Shown one piece after another: positions 39,140 through 53,318 of a stretch of DNA of 64,000 nucleotides. Positions within the stretch are counted from its first letter, which is position 1, and each line of letters opens with the position of its first letter. Made by a program: the position numbers and the translations under genes. The notes beneath the pieces were generated by a model, which worked only from the letters and a program-made list of their open reading frames with translations, was not told the origin of the DNA and made no database searches. The DNA comes from Lama guanicoe (taxonomy: Eukaryota), in assembly GCA_013239625.1 (NCBI GenBank), contig MU054187.1, forward strand, positions 9,319,231 through 9,383,230, in the 5' to 3' direction.

Positions 39140-39227
39140 GAGTTAGCAATCTGCCTAGCACTCGTGGCTTTTCTTATCCTTCACTACATCTGGCGTCAGA
39201 TTCAGTGCTTGGTTTTTGCTCTAATGG
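39140..39227 (+). CDS. TRIM55: TRIM55 alternative 88-nt exon encoding a hydrophobic C-terminus
   Basis: Strong acceptor tcttcttgttttctcgcag|GAG and donor TGG|GTAGGA. Encodes ELAICLALVAFLILHYIWRQIQCLVFALM and shifts the last exon to DWF-stop (TGA 53204-53206). Resembles the recalled alternative C-terminus of human TRIM55. Confidence 0.85.
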
Positions 39228-42200
39228 GTAGGACATATTTTCTTTACCCTTGACTAACATCTCATGCAGCTCTTCCATCATGTTCCTCTTCTGTAGGCCC
39301 AGAGGTGAATTTCTCCCCAACTCTGAGGCTCAGCCACCTTAAAAGCACCAAGTTCCTAGACAATACTTATGGCCTCAAGGCGCCTTCCCAAGGAGAAATG
39401 CTCCATCATCTGATCCTGCATGGAGGGGAACCCTGACTCAGAGCAGGGACTCAGTGGGCAATTATTCAGTAATCCAGTGGGAGTGGACCCTCCCTTCTAG
39501 CCACTAAGGGAGGCCAGTTTCAAAAGGCGTCCCTAATGCGGTGAGGAGTCACTGCTCTTAAAGCAGAGGCAGGACCAGCAAAGGACTCTTTCAGCAATAG
39601 GCAGGGTTCCCATCGATTCAGTAGCAGCATTGCATCTGCTTCAGCAGAGAGGGGCCCAGGAGGGAGCCAGGTGACCCCCGTGGAGGACACGTAGGCAGTT
39701 CCTGCACTGGCGGGCAGCTGGGCTGGGTGACTTCTAGTTTCCTTTGAATCCTCAGACTCTACAGTGTCTCTCCTGGGAGAGGGGAGCCCAGAGAGAAAGG
39801 TGCCCTGTGTGCAGCAACCTCAGGGGCGCTTCAGCCAGGTGAGACCTGAATGAGGAGAGAGCCGGAAAACCAACGCTCATCTCCTGGCTGTAAAGACTCA
39901 GACCCAAAGTCAAGTCACAAAGCCAGCAAGCCTTTTCTTGATGACTGTTAGGAGATTTGCTTAGGGACTGACATCTTACTCCTTTAATAGCCTTTTGAGT
40001 ATTATCAGTTTAATGAATCATACTTAAAGATTCAAACCCCGTGGACTTTGGAATAAGTGTCCCTGCTGGACCTGAGACCCAGCTCCCTGTGCCTGGAGCT
40101 CGGAATCACTCAGGGTGATGGGCGCTGAAAGGGCTTGGCTATTTCTGGCTCACTGACTTTTCCCTGGGTTGACATTGGCTCTTCTGGAAGCTCCCATCAG
40201 AACTCCTTTCTGCCTCATTAGCTGTCAGCTTAGCAATGGCAGGAGGCTCTCCATGGGCTGCTGTCATGTCTGTAACTGAGTGTGAGTAGGACCTGCCCCA
40301 GTGTCTAATAGGCAGCCGGAAACCTGTGTACCCTAGAATGTTCTGAGTGTCCTTAGAGTCCACTCAGGTCCATGACCCCTCCTCTTGTCATTATCTGTGG
40401 TGAAAAGCAGTGGAGGAATTACTGGCCATGGACTCAGTGGGGCAAATGGGGAGAGAGAAAACTCCATGCTTTATCAGAATATCCTGAATAACTGTGGATC
40501 TGAATAATTGTCTGAAGAGTTCAGTTTATCTCCTGAGAGTTCAGGTTTGGGGCTTTATTGCCATATATCCTTGTAATGCTCCACTGAGGCTGCAGTGGGG
40601 AGAGTCGTGCTTCTCATCTGCTGTCCACTGAGCCCACGTTTTGGATGTGAATGTTCACATACCTGTCTGGGGATGGGGAGGCAGGTGGGGCGGGGTGGCG
40701 AGGGCGAACTGACATTCAGTATTGCAAAGAACCTTGCTCGTGTAGTTCTTGGGGTTTGAGAAAAGGCCTTTCATATAGAGAAGGAAACCTGGTCTCAAGA
40801 TGGAGACCACTCTGATGCCTGCCTGGAAGGGCAGATAGACAGATCCATGGAGACCTCACCCAGTATCAGATGCCCTGCCTCCAGGAGTGTTTTGTGGGCC
40901 TGATTCACCTTTACTACCTCAGAAGCCAACTCACTAGATTAATATTTGTCCAAAGCACAGTTAGCTTGTTAGAACGTCACACTTTATGATTAGTCTTGCC
41001 CTGAACATTTAGGGTGTGATACAAAAGTTCTCCCTGATTCACTGGTGGTCTCACCTCTCTCTACCATATGGTTCCATGTCAGGACATGAGGTTCCCTTAG
41101 AATTTCAGAAGCATCTCGGGCTCACCTGGGAATCCATAAACTCACATCAGCCCTGTCAGCGGAACTGCAAGCCTTTCAAGAGAGCAAATATTTCGGGGAG
41201 CTTTCCTCATGGCCATTCACACAGTGAAACCTGCCTGTGACTTCTGATGCCATATAATCTCTCCTTTATCACGTACCTTCTCTCTTCACCTAATTACACA
41301 GGCAGAGTTAGAAACTGGTCGTGGCAAAAAACCAGATGTCAGCTCTCTGCCCTACTGGGGAACTGGGATTCTGCTTTTTGTTAGATCAGAGGCACATTGT
41401 TGCCTTCCCCACCTTCGTTCTCAAAGGGAAACTAATTTCTCAACAAGGTTTAAATTTTGCCCTACATTGCCCTGTGCAACCCCCCTGCACCCGAACTGGT
41501 CTTTAGCTGCAAAACCCCCCTAAGTTCCCCCTCCTCTAGACTAGGCCTGCTGTACGCTCAACAAAGGAGAGTTTGGTGGAAATAACATTTGATTTATTTC
41601 ATGTGTTAATTTTAAAATTTATTTTTTTAAAAATTACACCACTCTCTTGTCAACCTCAGAAAACAGGGTGATAATAAGATAGGGAGGACACTCTGAGACA
41701 GATTGGCTGCCCTTGGAAAGCCATCTCTGCGAGCCTCCTCTCCTGGGTGATCTGGTCCAATCTGCTTCTGTCTGCTCCCTTCTCTGCCTACACTGCTTAC
41801 CTGCAAATTACACTCGCGTGTTAACACAGGGACCACCCCCACCCGCCATCCCCATGGACAACTGGGTATTTTATTGGGAGTATGTGTGGCAATTAGATTT
41901 TTTTTCCAGAAGTGAGATCGGCAACAATGAAAGCCCCTCCCTCTTCCTCTTCCTTCCTTTCTAGTCAAGCTTAGTGGACTTGGGTGGAAGAATTTATCCA
42001 AACCATTTGATGAGAGCTGTTCAAGGAACAGAGATTTCCAGAGGAATGTCTCCCTGTTGGGTAGATTAACTTGGCAGCTGGCCAACACCTAAGCTAGACC
42101 ATGGCAGCTGCTTCAAGGTCAGAGGACCCCAGCCCTACCTGTACCTGCCCCCCATACACACACGCACATGCACACGCACATACACACACACACCCTGCAG

Positions 42201-42989
42201 AGAGCCAATTGCTTTGGAGACAAGGTTGTCAACATTACAGTCTCTGCCATTTCTGCCTCCATAGAGAACCACAGTTCATAGATTTCACCAGAGCACTAAG
42301 TAGTCATTGTAAGGGACCCTGAAAGCTCTTACCATACCATAGCTCTTTGTAGCTGCAAGAACAGAGTATTCACTTTTCACATTCCATTCTTCAAGCCTAA
42401 AAATGGACAAACAAGTTGGGGAGAAACTCTTCTAAGGCCTGGGGCACAGAAAAGAGCACTGACCTTAGGAGAAAGGACTCAGGTTCCTGTCCTCGGGCTG
42501 CTTCTACATCTGACCCTGGGCATTTAATTCTTTGAGCCTCAGGTCATCTATCCAGGTTCATCTATTTATACAACATTAGAGAGTGAAAAATCGAGCACGA
42601 AGATTTTTATCAATTGTTCCAGGATGTTTTCATTGGGAGGGTTATGGACACAAATCTGGGCGACAATAATAGCAATAGATTCTCGGTGAAATAGACAATC
42701 CATTGATTTCTCAAGATGTGTTTCTTCCTTGAAGCTCTTACATGAATTCTTATTTCCCAAACTGCTTCCAAGCCTCCTCCCGCAGACCCATTCAGCTGAG
42801 TATTTACACAGCTGTGATTGCCCCTTTAGATGCCAGAAACCACGGGAAATCCCCGTCTGAAGTCCACCTAACGGTGCTCAGAGACTTCACTGCCAGCAGA
42901 GCAGAGACTTAGCATGAATGCAGTACAGGGAGTCACAGAACATTGGATGAACGAAGAGATGAAAGATATGTCAAGTTTCAAATTTCACC

Positions 42990-43720
42990 TATTTTAAGTG
43001 TAAGGTTCAATAAGTTTTGACAAATATGTAGCACTGTATAGCCACTACCCCAGTTAAACTCGAGTGTTTCCATCACTCACAGAGCTTCCTCATGTGCCTT
43101 TGCAGCGAAGCTGCTTCCTGCATCCCAGCTGCTGTTTCCTGTCATTATCGTCTTTCCAGTTCTAGAAAGTCTTAAAATGAAACCATGCAGCATGGACTTC
43201 TGTGACTGGCTTTTTTCTCTTCACGTAACGCTCTTAGGAGTCATCTATTTGGTCGCATGTCTCAGGAATGCAATTCTTTTTATTCCCGGGTAGTATTCCA
43301 TTGTGTGGAGATTTTTCAGATTTCTTTCTGTTTGACTCCTGGCTTGATTCTGTTGTAGAGAGAGAATATTCTTTACATGATCCCAGTCCTTTTCCATGTA
43401 TTAACATTTGTTAATACGGCCCCAGATACGAGCTACCTTGGTGACTGTTCCATGTGCAACTGGAAAGCTTGTATTTTCTGTTGATGGGTGGCGTGCTCTA
43501 GAATGCCCACCAGGTCAGAGGGTGCAGTTCAAGCGCACGCCATCCTCACTGATTTCCTGTTTCCTTGTTCTACCAATTGCTGAGAGAGGAGTTTTGAGAT
43601 CTCCGATGGTAATTGTGGATTTGTCTGTGTGTCCTTGTAGCTCTATCAGTTTTGTCTCTTGTATTTTGAAACTCTTAGGTGTATTCATATTTAGCACTGT
43701 TGCACTTTCTTGAAGAATTT
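42990..43720 (-). mobile_element. Old LINE-1 fragments (antisense) in TRIM55 last intron
   Basis: L1M-type 3' UTR and ORF2 endonuclease remnants; minus-strand ORF 43515-43697 reads ELQGHTDKSTITIGDLKTPLSAIGRT, resembling L1 IIVGDFNTPLS. Confidence 0.8.
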
Positions 43721-46700
43721 ATCCCAAGATAAGCATTAAAGATAACTTTTTTGTGTGTATCCCCCTGCTTAAATGGATATGGGAGGGTCCTCATTCACAT
43801 ACACTATTTTTTAAGGTAGGGTAGAAAAGTTAGAGGGCAGACGGGAAGAGCCTGGAGGAGGAAGATGCTGACAGTCCTTATGGCCTTCCAGGTGGCTGGC
43901 CACCACCGAGAAGACCTCACGGCCTAAATCCAGCAAACCTGTCTCCCCTTCCTCCCACAGCCCGCTCAGGGCCAAGCACAGCAGAGGCTGGGATGGCTGC
44001 CCTGCCTGATGCTTTTAAGTAACGGCTGAACTTTACAATCTGATGGTTAGTTTTCACCTGTCTGTGGGGCCGTATTTTTAGTTTAGATGTAAATTGCCTT
44101 ATGAGCTGATATCTCTGTACATTTTAATGACATGCCTAGGTCCTGTTCACTCCTTGTCCTGTCTACACCAGTTTCCACAGAACTGCAGAGGCCACCCAGT
44201 CATGGGCCAGGGACTTCCAGCACCGGGTTTATCCTCTTGGCTGAGAAGGTCCAAGGTTTCCAACTCAAGTATTGACAAGAAGGTGCAGATGGTCCCTCCT
44301 CCTGTCCTGAGTGTTCCCAGATCCTTCCTACTGAATATACCATAAGCTCAGAGACACAATGTCAGGTACAAGGTGGGTTACCCACACCTTTGAGCTCTTT
44401 ACTCTAAAATAGCAGAAGGAGTGAGTAGAAGTCAAGTCCAGTATGATAAGTGTCTCCAAGCAAAATCAGCCTGTGGCCATCTTAGTCCCCAACCCAGGCT
44501 CTATAAATGTTGTCCTGTGAGGTTATAAAGGTGCTCCCAGGGGAAAATAAACATTTCTTAGAAGAAAGAAGGAAGGAAAGAAGGTAAAGAAGGTACCTAG
44601 GAAGGAAAGGAGGAGGGAGAGAAAGAAGGACGGAAGGAAGGGAGGGAGGAAACAAAGGTACATGGCACTAGCCAAGACTCTTTTCTTTTCTTGAAGCCCA
44701 GGGTTTATTTCCTAGACTCTCAGAAATTAATACATGTGTCCCCAGACCCGAGACCTTATCAAATTTCTCAGCCCTGGGTCTCCACAAAGTGTCACACTCA
44801 AAAAGATAAAATAATTTTCATGCAAATGACCTTTGAGACCAAATCATTCACTCTGATTTCCAGGGCAAATAGCAACTCCAGCTGCCACCAGGGACCGAGA
44901 GGTGAGAGGTGCCTGAGACTATAGGCCTGGAAAACTTCTTTTCTGAGCGAGATTAATTTCACAAGGTATCACAGAACGTTTAAAAAAAAAAAAGCAGGAA
45001 ACCAAGAATATGATCTCCCATGAGTGTGACTATAGGTCCTGTGTTTTTTGAAACGATCTATTTAATTTTCCAAAACAAACTGAAATGAATGAAAATTTAA
45101 CTATGTTCTCTAAATTTAATTGAGGGATTCTGGGTGTCAAATTATTTTCAAACAGAAATCCCTACTGAGAGCAACTGCTTGTGTTTTACAAATTAGGAGA
45201 TTCAAGCTTATGAATCGAATCGCTGATAAGCCAGGCTCCCTGACTGTGACGGAATTTCACCTGGTAAAAACAGAAAACTGATCAGCACTCAGGACTGGCC
45301 TGCATTTACTGCATAACGTTGTCCAGGACTTAATAGTCCTAGAAGTTACAAGAGGTTCTGATAATGAAATGCAGGCATTTTTACATGGAAAAAAATTTGG
45401 AAGAGAGTACATTTTTTTAAAAAGAAGTAAGTTTTAATAAGACTATCCTATTGTTAATGCTTTTTCATTTGTATCCAACAAATGCAATTTTCTCTTGCTG
45501 GGCTTTTTTTCCTGCTACGAAAGTGACAACCTAATAGCTGTCAATTTGGGGGCTTTTCTAGAAAGGCCAGAAAAAAAAAATCTATACTAAAACTGTAGGC
45601 TGTATTTCTCAGGATCAAATGGCTTCCTCAGTTTAAGTCACTTTAATAGGAAGCTACAATGGATGTATCCATTTTAAACAAGGAGATGTAGTGTGAATTG
45701 TGTGTGAGCAGTGTAATGACCCCATTTCTCCTGGCGACCTGTGCCTACAGCTCTACGATTCCATGAAAACAGTAACGCAGGCCCGGGGAGATCTCTCTGG
45801 GGGAGCTGTTATGACACAGCTAGTTGAGTTTTGCTTCCTGTATTTTTAAATTGTTTATTATTCTGATTTAACCTAAGACGCTTATTAGTGTTGTACATCC
45901 TGTGGTTTTATTTCCTGCCTTTATTTATGTATCTCAGTGATTTCCACAAAATGCCTTTCCCCCTCTACAACCCACAAAGCAAAGAACTAATTCACCATTG
46001 TGTTAATACATCTGAACACCCAGTGCCACGTGGCCATGGCTGTGACTAATGTGTGTACGTCGCTGTATCTTGTACAGAATCTTTCATAAAGATTCTCGTT
46101 TAAACCTCACAACAACCCTGTGCAGTAGGCCTTGTCAAACTTCCCCATTTTTTTAGTGGCAGATCATAGAGGATGAGTGACTTGCTCAAGATCTCAGAGC
46201 AGCTGGGAGAGTGGTGCCCAGTGACCCCTTGTCCTCCACCAAGGAGCATGTGCCTGCAGGATAGTGGAGGCCACGCCTGCATCTAGGAAAAGTGAGTGAA
46301 TCCCCACACTCCTTGGGTTGGCGTGACTGAAGCAAAAATAGCATGACCAAGGGCTCCCCTGCTTGGACTCGCCACTCATGAAGCACTGGCACAGAGAGGT
46401 TGTTTCTAGGCCTCCACTGCTTGCAGTGATGTGAATGTCCATTGCAAATGAGAGCACTCTTATCCTTCTGCTGCACCCCATGCTGCTGACCAACCTGCCT
46501 CCCTCTCTCTGACTCCCGGTGGTGGAGTTGGCCCATCCCCTGAGTCTCATATGCTCAGCAGCACTGGCTGCCTTTTTCTCTTTGGGTTTGTGGTCACTAT
46601 TAACAACCCTCAGTACTTTATCCTCAGAGTTACTTTGAGCCAGTTCCTCAACTGTCCCAGGTTTTCTCATCCATAAATTGGGTGTAACTATGCCATCGGC

Positions 46701-49019
46701 ATCCCGTGGCTCTTGAGAAAAACCTGTTGGCCTGTTCACCTAACACAAAGTAAAGAAGTCCTGTCTGTGAGGAATTAATGACTAATTAGCAGTACTTTGT
46801 AATTTAATTCTCCTCAGAAAGGCTGAGAACACACACACTCTGTACTGGACCCACAGCATTGGGTCCACACCTGAGAAGGTTAGCTCTAAGTTTTTGCCAA
46901 AACTATGATACATTTTCATTTCTCCTTCCTGCTCCCCACCCGACCCCATCAAGTCCCAGACCAAACTGTTGTTTGAAACAGACCAAAGAGAATACCCCAT
47001 ACATCTTCCTCCAAGTTAAGAAAATGCAAGTGAGTTTAATTTCTTATTTCATAATCCTGGTCTCTGATCTTCCCTTAGCAAGAGGGAAGCAGCTAACAGC
47101 AACAAAGCCCCTGAATCAACTCCCTTCATCCGTCCCTCCATCCCTCTGTGTATGCAGCTGTATGCTCCCCCAAGGGGGAAAAATGCTCTTTAGTGAATGT
47201 TCACCCTCCAGGGTTCGTTGGGAGGGGGGACCTCTTCTATTCCCCCTCAAACATTCGCAGAAAGCCTGCTGGGTTTTCACAGCTCTGCTGCAGCCCTAAC
47301 AGACGGGGGTGCTCTGCTCTGAGCAGAAATGACTGCATTCCTGTGAAAGAAATGCTTGTGATAAGCCTGCCCAGCGGACTTCCAGGGCTTAGACCCTTGG
47401 CTGTGAGTCCCAGACCACAGCTCAGTTACTTCTCAGGCATTGATGACTGGCCTAGGTTCTTGGCTGCACACTTTCTTCCAGTCTGGAGTCCATAATGCTT
47501 ACGCTCTCCAAGGGCCTGGACTTCCGGAATGCTATGTCGGGGGCAGGCCAATGCTTGGGTTTAGTCTTTCCGAATAAACATTCTGAACATGGCCTCAGCA
47601 TTCCAGCTCACACCTGTTTCCAGCATCTGGCTTTGACTCTCTAACGCAGCCTAGCAGGTGCAGGATAGATGCTGGCGGTTACCCACTCAGCAGCCTCGTG
47701 TCCAGCCTCACCCCTCCTGTCCGCATTCCTTTAAGGCAAATGGATTTCACTGTAGATGGGCAGGGGTTCTTTGGCATTGACCTAGAAAGACTGGCATTTA
47801 ACATGCAAGGGTAACCAGATCCTTCTGTCAGGTTGAATTTGGGACTGGCGTTTGTGGCAGCAGAGAGGAACGAGGGGCCCAAGTGTTGGGGCCTGGACCC
47901 AAATTTCCACACTGCCCCCAGCGGCCCCTTCCGTGCCTGGCATACATAGTAGCTGATGTGTCCACAGTAGTCATCCCTCAGGATGAGGCATGGCCACATC
48001 TAGGTCAAGTGCTACCTGGCAGTGGTGTGCATTAAGCCATCATCATCCATTCAGGTCTTAGTGACAACTCAGCTTCTCAGATCAATGTCTGTCACTTGGA
48101 GAAGCCTGAGGGACTGGAACGTAGGACAGGTACATTTTAATGATGGGCATCATGGGTGGTGTAGAGAATCATCACTTGGGGAAGGGCTGAGGCTGGCACC
48201 TTAAGGAGGCCCTGGGAGGAGGCAGCCCGAGGGCGCTGGTTACTGGCAGAGCTCACGCTTGTATTTCAGGCCAGCAAAAAATAATTCCCCTCATAAATGT
48301 GGCTACCCCGACATATGCCGGAGTGAGTATCAGGGAAGCGTCTGCTGAGTTTTGTTCAGTCAGTGAATAAAGTGGGCTGAGCTGCATTGAGGTAAAGGGG
48401 CTACTGGTATCACTCCCAACACCAAAACAAGAGAATTTCCTCCCAAATTGCACCCAGGTAGAGCCCCGATGCTAAGCGCCCAGGGGCGCATCTGGCCTCA
48501 GTTAAACACTGAAGGCAGTTTCATGCTTTGTCAAGAATCTCACCACAAGAAGCACATTGGCTTTTTTTTTTTAATTCATCGCATTAAGCACAAAAATCAA
48601 GCCAGACTCTGTTGAGAATTTTACTCTCTTTTCTTTGACACTTTCCTACTAAAAATGAACCTTTTATTAAGAGCAACAACCTTGTGCGCCTTTACAGACC
48701 AAGAAGGTGACATTAAGGAAAAAGCAGGCCAGGTGAGGGGAAATGTTGATGGAAACATAAGTACATGATATTCTTTGTTTTCCTCTTTCCTCTGAGCATA
48801 GCAACTGTCCAAGCACAGTGATAAGTGGTCATGGAAACCAGCCTTGAAGCGGGGGAGGCCAAGGGGAGGGGCGGGCACTGTGGAAAGCAGCGGAGGGTGG
48901 GGGGCACATCCCAGCCCAGAGGGACAGCGCTGCTCGGCAGGTTCTGGGTTACTAAGTTTCTGCTTTGGCAAGAGGATGTGCAAATCCAGATTTTAATGTG
49001 AAATCTCCCAATTTAAAAA

Positions 49020-49680
49020 AATTTTTTAATTGTGGTAAAAAATACCTAACATAAAAATGACCATCTTAACTACTTGTAAATTCAGAAGCATTAAGTAAAT
49101 TCCCGCTGTTATGCAATCCATCTCTGGAACTTTTTCATCTTGCAGAACGGAAACTCTATACCCATCACCCACCAAACAACATCTTCCCATTGCCNNNNNN
49201 NNNNNNNNNNNNNNNNNNNNNNNNNNNNNNNNNNNNNNNNNNNNNNNNNNNNNNNNNNNNNNNNNNNNNNNNNNNNNNNNNNNNNNNNNNNNNNNNNNNN
49301 NNNNNNNNNNNNNNNNNNNNNNNNNNNNNNNNNNNNNNNNNNNNNNNNNNNNNNNNNNNNNNNNTTACTTCCTGTTTAAGAGTGAGTAATATTCCATTAC
49401 ATGTGTACACTGCATTATAGTCATCCACTGATGGGCACATGCATTGCTTTCACCTCCTATGCTTGTCAACAGTGCTGTTGTAAACATGGGTGTGCAAATA
49501 TCCATGTGAGTTCCTGCCTGCGATTTTTGTGGGTATACACTCCTAAAATAGAATTGCTGGATCATATGATAATTCTATGTTTAATTTTTTTAGGAACCAC
49601 AATACTATTTTACAACATTTTACATTCCCACCAACAGTGCACAAGAGTTTCTGTTTCTCCACATCCTTGCTCCTGATTTT
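49020..49680 (-). mobile_element. LINE-1 3' end (antisense), interrupted by an assembly gap
   Basis: TGAGTAATATTCCATT...GGGTATACACTCCTAAAATAGAATTGCTGGATCATATG...TTACATTCCCACCAACAGTGCACAAGAGTT is a typical L1M 3' region. Confidence 0.85.
49195..49364. other. Assembly gap (170 N)
   Basis: Run of N. Confidence 1.
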
Positions 49681-50883
49681 TTAATGTTTGCAACTAATTC
49701 AAGTCTTTTTCAAAATACCATGCAGCCACGCAGTTCAGGCCAAGCAAACACTGGCTATAACCTGGAGCTCTCCTGCACACAGAGACAGATGTCCACAAGC
49801 CATGGGAAGAATGCATGCTCCTTAATCCCCAGCACCAAGAAATGGTTCTAGATGATGCAATTTGCCAAAGATGATGCCTGCACATCACTCAGCTCTGGGT
49901 AGAAGCACCTCTTATCACTCTGCTCTTCTGTGCAGGGAAAAGATACCCTAGGACCAAAATCTGACATTAAGATTTCCCTTTCAAAGGACATTTGATAGTA
50001 ACAGGAAAGAAATCAAAGGAAAATAAAAGATTGTGTGTTTCTGAGTGAGTTTGGTTCATGAATATCCAGCATTCCTGGTCAAGTTCATCTTTTCTTTAAG
50101 TAAAGGTCTATTTCTCCCTTCTGCTGGTCTTCTCTGGATCTTAACTGAACTGGATCTCACCACCGATATGGAAAATTCTGCCTCCATGTTCCATTTCCTG
50201 GTTCTATTTTATGTCTAAAACTCATATTTCTCAAATTATCTGAAGCCCCATGCTGCTAGAGCAGTGTTAAATGATGGCTGTAAGTTAGTTCATTTGTTTT
50301 GTCACTTGAGGAAAATCTGTAAAATTTAGAAATAATCTGGGACTAACAGTCCTCTCTTCACCTTTTCCTACACCTCAGACTAAACTGGAATGCAGGACAA
50401 GCTCAAAAGCAGGTAGAGGAGATCAGTGCTTCTCATTCTCTGCCCTGTATTCAGCTTCGTGGGACATTATTATTCCCAAGGAACAGGACTTCGTGTGATG
50501 AGGGCGAGCCAGCATTTGGAAAACTATTCAAAGGAGAACAGTTCCACTTGAGGGAGGCTGTAGGGAAAACGTCCGCTTATGATTTAATGGGCTGTGCTTA
50601 TAGAAAGGTTTCTAAAGCTTTACCTCATTCTTCCTTTATGAGAGAGCCATATATAAAGTTGGGTTACTTGGAGACACACTGGAATGGGTAATGGATAACC
50701 ATGGTTATAACATGCCAGAGGAACTAAGACATATAAATAGTGTCCGGTTCTGGAAAGATGAGCATCACAAATACAATCATCTTTCTTTACTGGGGGTTGT
50801 GGCTCTTGTATACAGTTCCTCCTTGTATAAATAGGCCCCAGTGATTCTGCCTGGCAGAGGCACCTCTTCACTGATGTGAGATG

Positions 50884-50946
50884 GAAGGAAGGAGGGAAGG
50901 AAGGAAGGAAGGAAGGAAGGAAGGAAGGAAGGAAGGAAGGAAGGAA
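50884..50946 (+). repeat. (GGAA)n microsatellite
   Basis: About 15 GGAA/GAAG units. Confidence 0.95.
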
Positions 50947-53195
50947 GTGGACATTTATGAAGCACTTAATATAAGTGAGACATGTGCAAAGTGCTTTAGG
51001 TGTATTACTTTATTCACTCAGTCCTTACAACGACCTTGTGAGATAGGGTTTCATCTCTGTTTCACAAAAGAGAAAACTACGGCTCAGAGAAGTTAAGTGA
51101 CTTTTCCGAGTCATACAGCTAATAAATTGTTGGTCTGGGATCCAAAACCAGGCTAAGCCTCTTTGCACAAAACTTCCTTGCTGAGATGATTGAGGGGTCT
51201 CATTTACATACGCAATACCAACGAGACAGTGTTATCACCTATAGACACTCAGGATATTCTCTGCTCTTGGTCCCACTCTGGCACCAGCCTTTCTTCCCTG
51301 AAAGGTAGTGTTGGTTCATATTGTTTAGTGGAAAATCTAATAACTGACAGAAAACATGGGGGTATAAAAGCGGCAAATCCAAACTATTTCATACCAAGTT
51401 TTGAAGGCTTACAGGTATTAACAGCTAAAACATTTTAAATGGAAGATAGACTTCAATCTCGAGTATAGAAAAACAAAGAAATATATACAGATTCCAAAAG
51501 CAGTCCCAATGATTTGTAAGCCACCAGCAGTGTCACAAAGACCCTATTCCTCTGTAGAAAATACCTTACCCAACTAGTTTTACCCTTTAGATATTTGGAA
51601 CAACTGTCAGGGAAATGTCCTCCAGATTAGAAATTGCCTTCAAGGAAAAGAAACTGCAAAATGAACCCTGACGGTCCGTAGGCAGAATCCACTATTCACT
51701 CATATAGAACAGTTAGAAAAAAGGTACTTTAGATGTCAATGATATGCCCAGATCACTTGCTTTTTATTTATTTATTTATTTATTTTTAGGATTCTTGAGA
51801 TTAAGGTGACTATGATGGAGGAAAGGAGAGTTCGATGTGCATAAATAGGCACAGGGCTCTGTCAGGATGTTTACGCCACCTCAACTTCAAGGACAAAGAG
51901 GTAGCTCACCCACTACCAACAGAATTAATAACAGCCTTTAAAAAAAAATCCCAATCACACTTATGTCTTAACCATTCCTTAATAGAAAGTGATGTGCTTT
52001 TTTACTCTACTGTGGCTAATATGAGTCCATGACCCTTCTTAATTTGCCATCAGGGAGAAACATGGCAGAAGGAAGGATAATCCCAAAGTCATAAGAACTT
52101 GGGATAATTTTACTAAACTTGAAACATTACCCCAAAATACAAATTAGGGTAAAATCTGGTAAAGTGCAGGACAAGCCCTCATTTTTCACTTGAAACTGTT
52201 TTGAGTGGCAACAGAACAACATACTCACCAAACTTCTGCTTTGCCTGTGGCAGGTGTTGTCCATTAGAATAGCAGCTTCATAAATTCAGCCTGGGCTTTC
52301 TGGGTTGAATGCACGTGCATACCTCATTGCTTTGACATCAGTGGCATCCTAATCTGGTGGGGGGAGCTTTGCCAGTGAAGTCAGCAGAATATGTTAGTCT
52401 GTGTGTTTGGCAGTTCTCCTAGGAAGAACTGTGTTTGTCTGGTACCTTTAATGTAAGGAGTTTGAGTTTATACAGCAAATTGAATTTCAGCAAGACTTGT
52501 CTATGATTGTCTCTCATTCCACGAAGTTATTGTTATTTAGACTCAAAGCATAAATACATTTCACTTATGAGCTTAGATTTTGATCAGTTACTTCAAAAAT
52601 CATAACTTGTATCTGTCTGGTATCTATAAAAGATATCCCTTTAGAGATGTTGATGTTATTAGATTTTATTGCCTAGAGGGAAAAAAAAGTCCTTTTATTC
52701 ATGATTTGCTCAAACTATGCCTGCATTTGTGCAAAAATTACATATATATATATATATTTTTTCACATCCTAGTAGAAATTCTGATTTTAGCAGTGGAGTG
52801 ATTATAATACATCATGTGGTGTAGCAAAGTCATTTAAATTAGGATTTTATTTTGTAGACTTTTCTAAACCCAGATTTGGTTAGCTTTAATGTGACTTTCA
52901 CCTCAGTAAATCATATCCAGGTGGACTTTAAAAGAACAGTAGAATAGCCTGGACTCTTTCCCAAGAACGTTCCTCTACTGCATGCGTTACTGCTGCCCCT
53001 TTTGGGGTCATGAGTGTGAATTCCTTTCATGGCTCTTGGCCATGGCCAAGATAACACGAGCTTGCTTTCCATCCCTAATAATAATTATGTTCTATATAAT
53101 TATTATTATCCTTTCTCCTCAGTAGAAAAGTGGCTGGGCCAATTCAAAAAGGACTAGCCTCTTCTTCCTCTGACACAGATTTTCTTCTGTTGCAG

Positions 53196-53318
53196 ACTGG
53201 TTTTGAGGACCCTCCTCTCCAGGGACAGCCTGCGGCTTCAGGGAGAGGGAGTGGAGCTGATTCTGAGCCAGCTCGCCATGTCTTCTCCTTTTCCTGGTTG
53301 AACTCCCTGAATGAATGA
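53196..53318 (+). CDS. TRIM55: TRIM55 last coding exon
   Basis: ttctgttgcag|ACTGGT; TGFEDPPLQGQPAASGRGSGADSEPARHVFSFSWLNSLNE*. Main exons sum to 1638 nt = 545 aa plus stop. Confidence 0.95.
   Translation, partial: TGFEDPPLQGQPAASGRGSGADSEPARHVFSFSWLNSLNE

Noticed and set aside
46186-47495. Several 115-181 aa intronic ORFs
   Set aside because: No domain similarity, no splice or Kozak support, and partly overlapping MIR-like sequence.
49111-49440. ORFs containing X runs (also 56793-57609 and 63497-63825)
   Set aside because: Artefacts of translating through N gaps.
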